From positions 1 to 58,785 of IMG/VR virus record IMGVR_UViG_3300021507_000132: a DNA stretch of 58,785 bases; one strand, 5' to 3'. Positions 1 through 10,964 of the stretch are shown here, piece after piece. The first letter of the stretch is position 1; each line of letters opens with the position of its first letter. A program made the translations under genes and the position numbers. The notes below the pieces were generated by a model. It saw only the letters and a list, made by a program, of their open reading frames with translations, was not told where the DNA came from and did no database searches. The stretch comes from a virus. Its lineage: Duplodnaviria > Caudoviricetes.

Positions 1-291
1 GGAAGACAAGTTATTAGATCTTATATGATTAAATACAATATACCGAGAAGAAATTTGGGTCAAGCAAGACAGTTGTCTGTGGAGTTTGGTAGGTGGAAGT
101 CTCCAATAAGGAAAATGTTTCTGACAAAAGAAGAATTGTATGATTTGTATTGGAATCAAAATTTAAGCTTGTCTCAGATAGGTAAACAATGCGGAATAAG
201 CACAAATAGTGTTTTGAGATGGATGCGGAGATATAGCATTAAAACCAGAAGTTATAATAAATCTCAAATAAAACCCTTACAAAACAAATAA
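1..291 (+). CDS. HTH-repeat protein, C-terminal part (frame open at window edge; possibly homing-endonuclease-associated)
   Basis: KEELYDLYWNQNLSLSQIGKQCGISTNSVLRWMRRYSI HTH motif; no stop between base 1 and the ATG at 25. Confidence 0.55.
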   Translation, partial: GRQVIRSYMIKYNIPRRNLGQARQLSVEFGRWKSPIRKMFLTKEELYDLYWNQNLSLSQIGKQCGISTNSVLRWMRRYSIKTRSYNKSQIKPLQNK

Positions 292-323
292 AAAAATTAA
301 TGTAAAAAGAATTGTTACTACTA

Positions 324-815
324 TTAAGTTGCACTTAGCACCGTTTTATGACTTAGAGTCAGTTGGTCTCCTGCACTAACATCTACAGAAAGTGTCGCTC
401 TCGCCAGCATTGTCCCTCCAGTCGCTGAATTAAACACACCCAATTCTCTTATGGATTTGTCCGCTGTTATATTGTTCCAAGTATGCGTTAGTTTGGCAGT
501 ATCATTTGTCACATTTGTTGTCTCTTGGGAACCTGTCCCAGCTGCTCTTGCCAATCCGCTATCTGTGATTTCCGCCCCAAGTGCCGTATCAGAAGCAGAA
601 GGTGCCGTTGAATCCGTGCCGACAGCAAGATAATCAAAAGCCGTTCCGCCGACATCAGACAACATCAATCCAGTAATCTCGCCAATTCCGGCAGTAACAA
701 CTAAATTGTCAGTTCTCCCCATGCTTTTTATGTTTCCATTTTTATCTCGCAAAATCCATTCAAACCAACCTTTTAATTTACCTTTTTCTGACCCTTCTAA
801 ATTTATGTTTTTCAT
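324..815 (-). CDS. virion tail protein (tail-collar/fibre-like)
   Basis: NLVVTAG...FDYLAVGTDSTAPSASDTALGAE...IRELGVFN motif typical of phage tail proteins; end of tail module. Confidence 0.7.
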   Translation of the reverse strand: MKNINLEGSEKGKLKGWFEWILRDKNGNIKSMGRTDNLVVTAGIGEITGLMLSDVGGTAFDYLAVGTDSTAPSASDTALGAEITDSGLARAAGTGSQETTNVTNDTAKLTHTWNNITADKSIRELGVFNSATGGTMLARATLSVDVSAGDQLTLSHKTVLSAT

Positions 816-1018
816 TTTTCATCACCTCTCAAATCTTCTTTAAAATAAACAACATCAACTCTTGTAACAATTTTACCGTTAGCATACACGCAATACCTGT
901 CCCCTTCCTTTTTCACCTCAGTTTTCAAGGGTTTCCCCACACTAATTGCTTGTTTTTCCATAAATTTAGCCTGAGTTTTGGCATCTTCTTCACTCGTGCT
1001 TGCATATATTATTCTCAT
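812..1018 (-). CDS. hypothetical protein
   Basis: ORF co-oriented and overlapping with the tail gene; TATA-like element upstream. Confidence 0.55.
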   Translation of the reverse strand: MRIIYASTSEEDAKTQAKFMEKQAISVGKPLKTEVKKEGDRYCVYANGKIVTRVDVVYFKEDLRGDEK

Positions 1019-1047
1019 AAGTATTAATTACCTGTAAACTATTTATG

Positions 1048-2529
1048 TTAAGTGCTATAAAGAACAGCTAAAGTAGCTATTTTCGCCTCAGTCGAAGAAG
1101 TTTCAACTCTTATCTTTAATTGGTGCCCTTCAGAAGTTGGCGTAGTTAAAGTGTTTAGATTTACAGTTTGCCATGTCAATCCATTATCTACTGATACTTT
1201 ATACGTAACATTACCTATCAAATTATCTCCAGATGCTCTGACTTCAAATTTGCTTACATTAGAACCTGTATCTCTTGCTGTTGATTGCATGTAACCGGAA
1301 GCACTTGTAAACACCAAATATCCTTCCGAAGTATCGTAACCGCTTGAATTAGAATCGTCTATATTCGTCTTATCGTCAAAACTGAAAAAATAACTATGTT
1401 CTAATTTGTTAATATTCACAATATCTTGAGTTTCTTTTTGCTTTAAAAACAAGTCTCTGAATTCCAATGGAATGCTTGGTTTCCATTTTTCCAATTTGAT
1501 TTTAGTTTTAGGAATATTATTATTTTCAATAATATCCTCAAATTCCACAACTTTATAAGTGTCTGGTCCAATTCCTGCTGCTGGAGCAGAAACTCTCAAC
1601 ATATCTCCCGGATTTAAACCCACTAGAAGCGTTGATTCAACTTCACCTACTATAGGCGGATCTTTTTTCATAGCCAATTCTACATCTCCTTTTTTCTTTG
1701 CCTCATCATAAGTTGTTAAACTTGTATCTGTAATGAGTTCTTCTCTGGTTCCGTATTCTGAAATGGAAGTTGAATCTTCAGTAGTATATAATATTGGGAT
1801 TCCGTCCACAACCGCACCTTGAACAACAATTCTGTTTTTTACTTTGTCCACATCTCTGCTGAAACCTTTTATTTTCAATAGATTATAATTATGAACTACG
1901 GCATCTGTCGTGTTTTCTATTGATTTTTCCTCAAAGAAATGACATTTCTTGTCTTTATCAACATAAAAATCAAACCCAGCAATATTGCATAATATCTCTA
2001 TACACTCCATAGCAGATTTATTATTGAAAGATATTGTAATTGTTTCTCCTGTATTATTTACATAGTCGTCATATGTAAAATTTGTAGATATTTCAGCATT
2101 AACTTGATCTATTATGTTTTTTAGAATGTTGGTTATTTCTTGTTCGCTGTAATCTCCTGTTATATGAATATCTATTAGTTCTTTCGCTATGAGTTTTCCT
2201 GTAAGGCGAATACGGTGATTGGATTGATCTACATTCTCTATAATACCTACAGTTCTTATTGTTGTAGCAGAAGTTCCATAATCTTTCTTTAATTTTACTT
2301 TGTCTTCGGAACTGAATTTGTCTGTAAATTTGTCATTGGGATTCATTAGTACTACTTCAAAGGTACCTACCCCTGGTTGAATTGTAGATTTAAAAGAAGC
2401 TTTTTCGCAATAACCAGTAACATCTGTTGTCCCTTCTGAAGTCTCAACTTCTATAGCATAAGAACTTGTTACGGAAGGAGGAATCCAGACCGTTGGTCTC
2501 ACACGTCTAATAGCAGTTACAGGTCCCAT
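1048..2529 (-). CDS. tail tip / baseplate hub protein
   Basis: Position after tape measure and Dit; hub-like motifs (AGFDFYVD, VKNRIVVQG, SISEYGTRE, LNPGD). Confidence 0.7.
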   Translation of the reverse strand: MGPVTAIRRVRPTVWIPPSVTSSYAIEVETSEGTTDVTGYCEKASFKSTIQPGVGTFEVVLMNPNDKFTDKFSSEDKVKLKKDYGTSATTIRTVGIIENVDQSNHRIRLTGKLIAKELIDIHITGDYSEQEITNILKNIIDQVNAEISTNFTYDDYVNNTGETITISFNNKSAMECIEILCNIAGFDFYVDKDKKCHFFEEKSIENTTDAVVHNYNLLKIKGFSRDVDKVKNRIVVQGAVVDGIPILYTTEDSTSISEYGTREELITDTSLTTYDEAKKKGDVELAMKKDPPIVGEVESTLLVGLNPGDMLRVSAPAAGIGPDTYKVVEFEDIIENNNIPKTKIKLEKWKPSIPLEFRDLFLKQKETQDIVNINKLEHSYFFSFDDKTNIDDSNSSGYDTSEGYLVFTSASGYMQSTARDTGSNVSKFEVRASGDNLIGNVTYKVSVDNGLTWQTVNLNTLTTPTSEGHQLKIRVETSSTEAKIATLAVLYST

Positions 2530-2531
2530 AA

Positions 2532-5500
2532 TTAATCACATTTAACAGCATTTATAGTACAAGCTTTGAGCAAAAATTCCGGAATCCACCATCTCCAGTA
2601 AGGATCTGTATAGTTACAGTTGTAATCTGCTTTTAAATAAATGTATGTGTTTTGCGAGAGTGTTTTGTTTGTATCTACTACCTTATATGTCGTGTTTAAT
2701 ATATATGGGTATGATAAGAACCAATCATAACCACTAAAATCGCCAGTACTATCACCGACAATTATCCGCCAAGTACCTTGTTTTTTGAATGCTGTAGGTC
2801 CATTATTAGCACTCACACCTGTTGACAATTCTAGCGAAGTATTGCGGTTCCACTGCGTTCCATTCCATTTGAATATATGTATATCGCTTGAAGATCCGTA
2901 TAACAAGTACCAATCACCGTATACATTAAAAATTTCCGGCTTCATATGTGTTAATCCTGTGAAAATGTCTAAACCAGCTCCTATGCTGTTGTTTATTACC
3001 CAGCATGTTCCATTCCATTGATAACTACCATTAAATCCGTGCAGACTTCCAACAATCAACTTCCATGTGTTGTCACTTTTAAACACACTAGGTGCCATTT
3101 CATAATCTGTTTGTTCCAAACCACATGTTAGATTAGCATAAGATACCCACTGAGTGCCATTCCATTTGTAACCTTGCCAATCTGAGTTGCCTGTACCTTC
3201 TAACAAGTACCAAATGTTATCTTTGTAAAATACACAAGGTGCTGCATAAGAATCTACTGCAGATATTCCGGAAACTACTGAGCTGTTAGACACCCAATGT
3301 GTACCGTTCCAACTGTATCCATATATATTGCCATTCTCATAGCCAACTATCATATTCCAACCATCACCTTTGTAGTACACTTCTGGATAAACGGTATAAC
3401 TAAAACCACTCAAGCCATTTGTCAGATTTGAATTTTCTACCCACACATTAGACCATTCATACGCTAACTCATAAAGTGTACTGTAATTTGTACTAAAAGT
3501 AATATTAATACAAGGGTGAGTTTCGTTTATTTTTATATATAAGTCAGCGGGTTGATCGTAGTTTAACCAAGAAATATTTATTATAGGCTTATTTTCTAGC
3601 ATTCCAACAGCTGATACATTTTTGTCTGTAGGAGAATTCGGTGTGAATTCAATGTATCCATAGTTCACTGGGATCGAGTAGTTAAATCTTGAATAAACGA
3701 CCTTCACAATTTGGGTGTCATTTGAAGCATTATAGTCAGCATTCCCATCAAAATGAGCAGTAACAGTTATATTATCGCTTCCGTAGTAGGTTATATTTAT
3801 GTTGTCCACCTGGATTGTGGAATTTGTCTCGGAACTTATCTTTATAGGAATGTCGTAATAACCAGAAGAAGTTTGAGCATCTAAATAATTCTGGATTGCT
3901 GTTGCGTTTATGTTTCTTGTAGGTTCTATTGTAAATGTATAATTAACTTCTATGTTTGAAACTTCCAAAATGCCTGCTGAACCAGAGTAAAATAGTATGG
4001 GAACATTACAATAACCTTCTGAATCGGCAGTACATGTTGATAAGTAATCATTTATCAGAGTAGCATTTAAGTTTACTGTTTGGGTTCCATTGTCTGGTGT
4101 AAATTCTCCAGACCAATTCCATTCAGCAATTCCACCCGAGTTTGCTGATTGTATATATGGACTATTAGAATACGATGGAAAACTAATATTTAGTATGTAT
4201 TGTTTGTCCTGTATGACAAACATATTATTTTCATGAATTTCAACATCATAATATTCATGATCGTTGCACTCTAACATGTCAAATACAATGGTATCTACTA
4301 GATTGAAAGAAGAATTATATTTGTATAATATGTTACAATCAGAATCATGATCACGTGTGTAAAAATAACTCCCATTATAATCCAAACCTGTTCCACCACT
4401 AATGCTATAAGAGTTAACTTGAGTTCCTGAAGTTGTATATTCAACAACACCACCCAATTCTTTAACAAATAAATTAGTTCCATCATTTGTAATATAGCGG
4501 GAATAGTTGCCTGTATTAAAAGATGTTATTTCGTTCCAATTAGAGTCATATTTGGTTACAAAATTGTCTCCTGTCCCGCCATCATAAACTGTGTAAAAAT
4601 AAGAACCCAATTTAGTTACATCTACTTCTGAATACCAATGCAAGTCGTGTTCTTCAATGTACGAACCCAAACTTGAAAATTTCACAACTTTTTTATTACC
4701 TGTAGGAAAAGAAAGAACCCAAAAATAATTACCATCAAACTCCAAACCAGAAGCATCATTATCTGTGTATTCTCCTACACTAAAATTAGTGATTGTAGAG
4801 TAACCATAACTTTTTAAGTCTAAATAAGCACTTGTAACATTAGAACTTTTAGGCAATCTCAAATACCTTTTTTTTGTTCCTTCCCCGCTAAAACTCAAAT
4901 TTTCTGCTGTGTTTCCATTGCTCAATTCATTAAGAGTTTGGTTGCCTTGACCCAAATATCCTGTAATAGAATCAACCAAAGTATCATTTACATAAATTTT
5001 AATGTTAAGAGGCCAATCTGGATTTTGAAACCCAGTTATATTAATATAAGCACTCTGAACCTCGTCATATTTGTTTAATCTTATATAGAATGTCTGATTT
5101 TCAGGGGCATTGGTGTAGGAGAGATTTTTCACAGTAGTAGAATCATTAAACTCTCCCAAAATAGAGTTTGTGGTCAAATTGTATTCAATAGTTCCGTTAT
5201 CGCAGACATAATTGTCCCCATACCCTATTTGGTCTATATCCAAACAAACATTAGCGTCAGAAACTAAATTTCCTGCAGAATTTGTGACATTTGCTTTCAA
5301 AACAGCTACAGTCCCATGTTCGTAGTATCTGTCAGCACTCACTCCGTCTAAATACAATGTAGTATTGGTAGCTCCTTTTGTTATATTTATTTCTCTCAAT
5401 TCTGTTTGGTTTGTATTACCAGCTGTGTCATTCACCCAAGCATAAAATTGATATATTCCTACATGTAATTCTGTTTTGTTGCTCCAATAGTTAGAAGAAT

Positions 5501-7265
5501 CATTATTCAGGAAGTTTTCAGGCGTTCCATTCCAATAAAGTTTCACAGAATCTATGTTTGCATCAGAAACAGTTACATTTGTAAAAATCCAATTCTTAAA
5601 AGCAATATTATAAGTTCCTGAAGAATCTGTGTTTGAATTATAAGAGATAAAAGGATTTGTTGTGTCAATTGTAATTTGCCTCACTTCACTTTGATTAGTT
5701 ACTGAGCCAGCAGTACAGTTAATGTACCAGTTATAAGTCCCATCTGCGAGAGAAGAATTTGCTGTAATTACTACTGCTGTATTGTTATACAAAATGTTCC
5801 AATGAAAACCTTCAAATGTTCCAGCAACTTTTCCAGCAATCAAATGCCAAATATTGTCTTTGTGGTAAACTGTTGGACCTGGATCGTCTCCTATATCTCC
5901 CAGTCCTGCAATTATAGTGGGACTAATTGTCCACGATGTTCCATTCCATTGCCAACCTTGAAATGTTCCTCCACCCACTCCAGAAATCAAGTACCATATT
6001 GAATTCATTTGAAATACTGTTGGTGCTGAATCGCTTCCAACATCTCCCAATCCAGAGACTATGCTCGAGTTGGAAACCCACTGAGATCCATTCCATGTAA
6101 AACCATGAAAATACCCATCATAATCTCCAGAAATCAAATGCCATGTCGAATTCATTTGAAACACCGTCGGTGCTGAATAATATCCAACACCCCCCAATCC
6201 AGAAACTATGCTTGAATTAGAAATCCATTGGGATTCGTTCCATGTAAAACCGTGAAACTGTCCATAAAAATCTCCAGAAATCAAATGCCATGTCGAATTC
6301 ATTTGAAACACCGTCGGTGCTGATTCAAGACTAACGTCTCCCAATCCAGAGACTATGCTCGAGTTGGAAACCCACTGAGATCCATTCCATGTGAAGCCTT
6401 CAAAAGTCCCTGCAGTTCTTCCAGCAATTAAATGCCAGATATTGTCTTTTTGGTAAACTGTTGGACGTGAACGCGTACCAATATCACTCAAACCTAAAAC
6501 TATACTGGAGTTTGGAAACCATTGTTTTGATGTTCCATAACCTGTATCATTAATAAATAATTCACAAGAATAATTTGCTTCTGTTCCTGATACTGTAAAA
6601 CTGAAATCTGGTGTATTATCGTTCGTTACTGTTTGGTTAGCAGGAGAATTCAACGTTATAGAAAAGGAAGCAGGATCAAACAATCTCACATAAAATACCT
6701 CATAATCACTCTTAATATCATACTGAGCCTTCACAATTCCGCTTTTGTAAACCCAAGTCCACCTGTAATTAGGATGTAATTTAACAACTACATTTCTTCC
6801 AAATCTCAAATAAGTTTCTCCTTTTAATTTGTGAGTATTTCCAGAACAAGTCAAATCTCTGACTTCATACCTGTAAAACAAGCCAGAAGCATTGTAAATC
6901 TCTACTTTATGGTATATTGGAAACAACTTTTTGTCAGTAATGTTTCCTTTGAAGAAATATGTATCTTTAATAAAAGGTCCTCTCTTGAAAGGAGTCTCCC
7001 TTATAACAGTAGTTGTGTTTGAAGTTCTGTTTATGTATGTATAAATCTTAATATTTTTCACATCTCGGTACAATTTATGAGTCCCTTCAAATAATTTGTT
7101 GTATTCCCTTCCTCCCACTTTCCATCTTGAATCCTCAAAAACATATAGCGTAGTTTTGTCGTTGTCCACTCTAATTCTCACTCCTTCTCCTTGCAGAGTG
7201 ATATAAACAATACTACTTGTTATTAGTAAAATTAAGAACCCAACTATAAATTTGTCTCCTCTCAT
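2532..7265 (-). CDS. large adhesin-like protein with beta-propeller repeats and Ig-like domains, N-terminal hydrophobic anchor
   Basis: 1577 aa; two blocks of ~49-aa repeats; many N-x-S/T sequons; N-terminal TM-like segment. Confidence 0.65.
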   Translation of the reverse strand: MRGDKFIVGFLILLITSSIVYITLQGEGVRIRVDNDKTTLYVFEDSRWKVGGREYNKLFEGTHKLYRDVKNIKIYTYINRTSNTTTVIRETPFKRGPFIKDTYFFKGNITDKKLFPIYHKVEIYNASGLFYRYEVRDLTCSGNTHKLKGETYLRFGRNVVVKLHPNYRWTWVYKSGIVKAQYDIKSDYEVFYVRLFDPASFSITLNSPANQTVTNDNTPDFSFTVSGTEANYSCELFINDTGYGTSKQWFPNSSIVLGLSDIGTRSRPTVYQKDNIWHLIAGRTAGTFEGFTWNGSQWVSNSSIVSGLGDVSLESAPTVFQMNSTWHLISGDFYGQFHGFTWNESQWISNSSIVSGLGGVGYYSAPTVFQMNSTWHLISGDYDGYFHGFTWNGSQWVSNSSIVSGLGDVGSDSAPTVFQMNSIWYLISGVGGGTFQGWQWNGTSWTISPTIIAGLGDIGDDPGPTVYHKDNIWHLIAGKVAGTFEGFHWNILYNNTAVVITANSSLADGTYNWYINCTAGSVTNQSEVRQITIDTTNPFISYNSNTDSSGTYNIAFKNWIFTNVTVSDANIDSVKLYWNGTPENFLNNDSSNYWSNKTELHVGIYQFYAWVNDTAGNTNQTELREINITKGATNTTLYLDGVSADRYYEHGTVAVLKANVTNSAGNLVSDANVCLDIDQIGYGDNYVCDNGTIEYNLTTNSILGEFNDSTTVKNLSYTNAPENQTFYIRLNKYDEVQSAYINITGFQNPDWPLNIKIYVNDTLVDSITGYLGQGNQTLNELSNGNTAENLSFSGEGTKKRYLRLPKSSNVTSAYLDLKSYGYSTITNFSVGEYTDNDASGLEFDGNYFWVLSFPTGNKKVVKFSSLGSYIEEHDLHWYSEVDVTKLGSYFYTVYDGGTGDNFVTKYDSNWNEITSFNTGNYSRYITNDGTNLFVKELGGVVEYTTSGTQVNSYSISGGTGLDYNGSYFYTRDHDSDCNILYKYNSSFNLVDTIVFDMLECNDHEYYDVEIHENNMFVIQDKQYILNISFPSYSNSPYIQSANSGGIAEWNWSGEFTPDNGTQTVNLNATLINDYLSTCTADSEGYCNVPILFYSGSAGILEVSNIEVNYTFTIEPTRNINATAIQNYLDAQTSSGYYDIPIKISSETNSTIQVDNINITYYGSDNITVTAHFDGNADYNASNDTQIVKVVYSRFNYSIPVNYGYIEFTPNSPTDKNVSAVGMLENKPIINISWLNYDQPADLYIKINETHPCINITFSTNYSTLYELAYEWSNVWVENSNLTNGLSGFSYTVYPEVYYKGDGWNMIVGYENGNIYGYSWNGTHWVSNSSVVSGISAVDSYAAPCVFYKDNIWYLLEGTGNSDWQGYKWNGTQWVSYANLTCGLEQTDYEMAPSVFKSDNTWKLIVGSLHGFNGSYQWNGTCWVINNSIGAGLDIFTGLTHMKPEIFNVYGDWYLLYGSSSDIHIFKWNGTQWNRNTSLELSTGVSANNGPTAFKKQGTWRIIVGDSTGDFSGYDWFLSYPYILNTTYKVVDTNKTLSQNTYIYLKADYNCNYTDPYWRWWIPEFLLKACTINAVKCD
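5790..6525 (-). repeat. five ~147-bp intragenic tandem repeats (propeller blades)
   Basis: Repeated SIVSGLGDV..SAPTVFQMNSTWHLISG..G.FHGFTWNGSQW; near-identical DNA such as AAATGCCATGTCGAATTCATTTGAAACACCGTCGGTGCTGA twice. Confidence 0.85.
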
Positions 7266-7915
7266 GTTAATTCTTCGCCTTCATACACAGAAACTTTAAC
7301 TTCGTACTGTTCTTTAATAGGACCTACGTCTTTTAAAGATATTTTATTAAATGATATATTATATGTCGTTCCTCGGTATATTAAATTAGCACAACCTTTA
7401 TCAGCAACAATAGCCAATAAATCGTCTTTAGGATTGGTATCTAGATCTCTACTCACTATAGAATTACTAGGATAACTGTTAGATAAACTATCAACAACAA
7501 TATGCGTGTCGTCTGGAATGCTTGTAATAGTTGTTGTTTCTGATAATGTTCCGTCTGGAGAAACAATTGTAATATCTCCTGTAGTAAAACCGCTGCTTTT
7601 CTCAACAGGAATACTAACAGAAGCACCAGCACTAACACTGCTTGTGGTCAAAACTTGGTGAACTTTGTCTAAAATGCCTGTTATTTCAAAAGTATGTATT
7701 GGTGGTAAATGCAAATCAAATACTTTTGTTTTTGGGTCAGGTTCGCTTGGTTGAGCCCACCGCAAAGGTTTTGTGTTTTTAGTAATAACTTCTTCCAAAC
7801 CTTTGTCTTGTACTAATATAGTAACTATTTTAATCTCACCACTCCAACTTACGCCATTATAAGCTGCAACGTTGCTTCCTTCTTTCCAGATATTAATAAC
7901 AATAGGCACTACCAT
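7262..7915 (-). CDS. putative distal tail protein
   Basis: Immediately downstream of tape measure gene; beta-rich. Confidence 0.5.
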   Translation of the reverse strand: MVVPIVINIWKEGSNVAAYNGVSWSGEIKIVTILVQDKGLEEVITKNTKPLRWAQPSEPDPKTKVFDLHLPPIHTFEITGILDKVHQVLTTSSVSAGASVSIPVEKSSGFTTGDITIVSPDGTLSETTTITSIPDDTHIVVDSLSNSYPSNSIVSRDLDTNPKDDLLAIVADKGCANLIYRGTTYNISFNKISLKDVGPIKEQYEVKVSVYEGEELT

Positions 7916-7922
7916 AATAATA

Positions 7923-9983
7923 TCACCTTAACATAGATTTTAAGTCTTCTATCAATCTGGCATTTGCTTCGTCTATCATATCTTCTATTTCTTCCTTGCT
8001 AGACACACCAGTTATATTATATGTTGGACTCAAAGAAATGTTAATAGTCTTGCCTCCATAACTCTCTAATTTTTTGAGAGGTATTACTGCTTCTGGTCCA
8101 GCTTCAGCAATTAATCTTACGCTGGGTCTAGTAAATATTCCTCCAAATTGTGTTTTTCTTTTTTCAATTTCCTTTTCTGTTTTACCTGTTAAAAAACCTG
8201 CTATTGTTTTTCCAGCTTCATAAATTGTTTTTACTATGCGAGAAACAACAGTTGTTACTTTTATTTCTTGGTGAACTGTTGTATGTACATATGGAGGTAT
8301 GTCTCGCAATGCTTTAGTGTAATTTTGTACAGAAGTAGTGGCTTGGTCAAAAGCTTCCGCTGTTTTCTTGATTTGTCCGCTTAAATCTATATTATCAGGT
8401 ATCACATGCCGGTTTATAGTATCGGAAGTGATGTTAAATGCTTGATTTTGAGTATTTAACGAATCTATAACATATCCTACGACATCATTCAAAGAAGAAA
8501 CTTTATCTGTAGCATTACTGGTTTTGTTAGTATAACCCACTATTTCTGGTTGTATTGTAGATAATAGACTTTGTTGTCCGCTTGTAACGTCATTCAAACT
8601 AGATATATTTTCAATTTCTCCAACTAATGTTTTAGACAATTCTTGCTCAGCAGAATTTACTAAATTTGTAGCTTGTTGTAAAGTGCTGTTATACTGTGCT
8701 GCTAATTTAGTAATATCTATGTGGGAAGACATTGTTTGGTTAGTTGAATTTAAAATGTCATTTACTGCTTGAAGTTGTTTTTCCTGCTTTTCCATTTCAG
8801 TTGCTTGTTTTTTAGTTGCTGAAGTATCTTGTTCTTTTCGGAAAAATATTGTTCGCAAAACATCAGCAGCGAATGGACCTATGCCTGTGATGATTCCTAA
8901 AGCATGAGACAATGGTTTTGGAGCCCATTTAGCTGGCTCAAATGCTTTGGCAAGAGTATCACGAATATCTTTGAGAAATGGTATTTTTTCTTCTAAACCG
9001 CTTAGTGTATTGGATAAATCTGTTAATCGTTTGTTCCAAAATTCTGTTACTATATATGCAGCAGTCAATAAAAGAGCAATTTTACTCAATGGGACTATAT
9101 ATTTCCATGCATTACCTTCTACAGCACCCATGAACAATGCTGTTTGTGCGAGTTGAAACAAGAACTGACCGCCAAAGTAAGTAGCAATTAGCAACTTTGT
9201 AGCTACATCTTTTAACGGCTCTGGTAAGCTCATTAAAGTTTCCGCAAAACTTACGAAATCAGGCATCATTTTAGCTAATGTTGGTGCTGTTACTGCTTGT
9301 AATGTTGCTGTCCATACATCCGTTGCTCCTACCAGTTCTAAACCCGGACGTAATAAACTCCTTGCTACACCAGCTAGTTGCATTCCAAAAAACATTACAG
9401 ACAATAACTCCATTTTAAATCCATGTAAACCATGTGTTGTTTCTCTTACCCATGTAGCAAGTTTAGCACCAGTGCCTAAAAACTCATAACCTTGTTTTCG
9501 CAAAGCTATAAATGCGTCTCTGTCCATAGTCATTACTCCACCCCAACTAGAGTGTGCTTGTATTATCTTATCTATTGCCTTTGTATAAGGCATTGCTCGA
9601 CCAGTAGTCGCAGATATAAGTTTGCCCTCTTTGTTTATTGCCACGCCAGATTCTTCTAAAGTTTTCTTTAACATACCAGCAGGTATTCTTAAATGACTTG
9701 TCAATTTTCCAAAGTCTGCCATTTGCCTTTTGATTTCTTTTATTTGATCTTTTGTAATCTCAATAGCATTTGACAATTTGTCAATAGAAGGAACACCACC
9801 TTTTAATACGGCTTCCTTCATGCCAGCTCCTAATTTCGCGTAACCTTCTGCTTGCTCTTCTAAAGCTGCTTGCATTTCTTTTAATTGAGTTTTGAAAAAT
9901 CTCAGTTGTTGTTGGAGTTTTCTCAAGTCTCTTTCTCCACGTACACGCCATACAACATTCATGTCAATAGTATGTTCTGCCAT
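7923..9983 (-). CDS. tail tape measure protein
   Basis: Long helical Ala/Gln-rich ORF with hydrophobic middle; C-terminal GGIFTRPS..IAEAGPEAVIPL motif. Confidence 0.85.
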   Translation of the reverse strand: MAEHTIDMNVVWRVRGERDLRKLQQQLRFFKTQLKEMQAALEEQAEGYAKLGAGMKEAVLKGGVPSIDKLSNAIEITKDQIKEIKRQMADFGKLTSHLRIPAGMLKKTLEESGVAINKEGKLISATTGRAMPYTKAIDKIIQAHSSWGGVMTMDRDAFIALRKQGYEFLGTGAKLATWVRETTHGLHGFKMELLSVMFFGMQLAGVARSLLRPGLELVGATDVWTATLQAVTAPTLAKMMPDFVSFAETLMSLPEPLKDVATKLLIATYFGGQFLFQLAQTALFMGAVEGNAWKYIVPLSKIALLLTAAYIVTEFWNKRLTDLSNTLSGLEEKIPFLKDIRDTLAKAFEPAKWAPKPLSHALGIITGIGPFAADVLRTIFFRKEQDTSATKKQATEMEKQEKQLQAVNDILNSTNQTMSSHIDITKLAAQYNSTLQQATNLVNSAEQELSKTLVGEIENISSLNDVTSGQQSLLSTIQPEIVGYTNKTSNATDKVSSLNDVVGYVIDSLNTQNQAFNITSDTINRHVIPDNIDLSGQIKKTAEAFDQATTSVQNYTKALRDIPPYVHTTVHQEIKVTTVVSRIVKTIYEAGKTIAGFLTGKTEKEIEKRKTQFGGIFTRPSVRLIAEAGPEAVIPLKKLESYGGKTINISLSPTYNITGVSSKEEIEDMIDEANARLIEDLKSMLR

Positions 9984-9987
9984 AATC

Positions 9988-10206
9988 TTATCTCCTTGAC
10001 TTTCTATTTATTTCGTCCGCCATTTTCTTTAATTGTTCGGACAAGTTCAAAAACGTGGGAATAGGTAAATTTTTAAATTCTTCCAAAGGAATCCAACCAT
10101 AATTAATCATAAAAGCATGGTGAGCCTGTATTAGAAAATCAGATCTTGGTTTTTTAGCAAAAGCTCTTGTTATCAATTCATTAACAGTTTTTTTGTTTTC
10201 AGGCAT
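9988..10206 (-). CDS. tail assembly chaperone (T-like)
   Basis: Position before tape measure; YGWIPLEEFKNLP motif. Confidence 0.6.
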   Translation of the reverse strand: MPENKKTVNELITRAFAKKPRSDFLIQAHHAFMINYGWIPLEEFKNLPIPTFLNLSEQLKKMADEINRKSRR

Positions 10207-10660
10207 TTTTAGCTTCTTTTGCCTTTTTCAACTGTTCCATATGAGCCTTCAAACTGCTCATTTTGCTTGTTTCCAACTTAGGAGCTCCCAAATCATTAAC
10301 TTCAAACAATGCTGTAACCAATGGAAAGAAATTGGCAAATATGAATTCTTCTATTATGTTTTGAGCTTCTTTTTTGGCTTCTTCTTCAGATTTCCCTTCT
10401 TTAACCAATTTTTCTGTAAATTCTTGCTCTAAATTCGGATAAGATTTCTTAATCATTGCTCTTACCAGATTTGTTAGAGTATTCACAGATTCTTTGTCCA
10501 GATTGCTTAAAGGAGCTTCAGTATTTATAGATAATTTGTTAATAATAGTAAACAATTCAGGCAAATACTCAACAGTCAATGGTTTAAAGTAAAAAGTATC
10601 ACTGCCTATTTTATACTCTCTTGCCTTTCCCAAATGAGACTTAAATTTTTCAATATCCAT
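10199..10660 (-). CDS. tail assembly chaperone (G-like)
   Basis: Between tail tube and tape measure; YFKPLT motif. Confidence 0.65.
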   Translation of the reverse strand: MDIEKFKSHLGKAREYKIGSDTFYFKPLTVEYLPELFTIINKLSINTEAPLSNLDKESVNTLTNLVRAMIKKSYPNLEQEFTEKLVKEGKSEEEAKKEAQNIIEEFIFANFFPLVTALFEVNDLGAPKLETSKMSSLKAHMEQLKKAKEAKNA

Positions 10661-10695
10661 CCTTCAATATTATATTAACAAAAAAAGTATATATA

Positions 10696-10947
10696 TCAAC
10701 TATTTTCTTCCAGTTTCTTAACTCTTTCCTCCAAATCTTTGATTTTCTCATTTAATTGAAAGTTTATTTTGTCTCTGTTATACAACCAGAAATAAAACAA
10801 AAAATCCAAAAATGCTCCGTAATTGTTGTTAAAATTCTCTAATGCTACTTGCTGAAACTGCTCTTTAACAGTAGGAGAACCTATATACAAAGCTTTCGGA
10901 TTCTCTTTCAAAACTTTAAAAAGAGCTTCTTTAGTACTTTTATCCAT
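10696..10947 (-). CDS. hypothetical protein
   Basis: Co-oriented ORF with C-terminal coiled coil. Confidence 0.55.
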   Translation of the reverse strand: MDKSTKEALFKVLKENPKALYIGSPTVKEQFQQVALENFNNNYGAFLDFLFYFWLYNRDKINFQLNEKIKDLEERVKKLEENS

Positions 10948-10964
10948 AAAAAAACAAACAAAAA

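Noticed and set aside
10190-10235. Programmed -1 frameshift between tail chaperones
   Set aside because: Second ORF is in the +1 frame, has its own ATG, and no canonical slippery heptamer was seen
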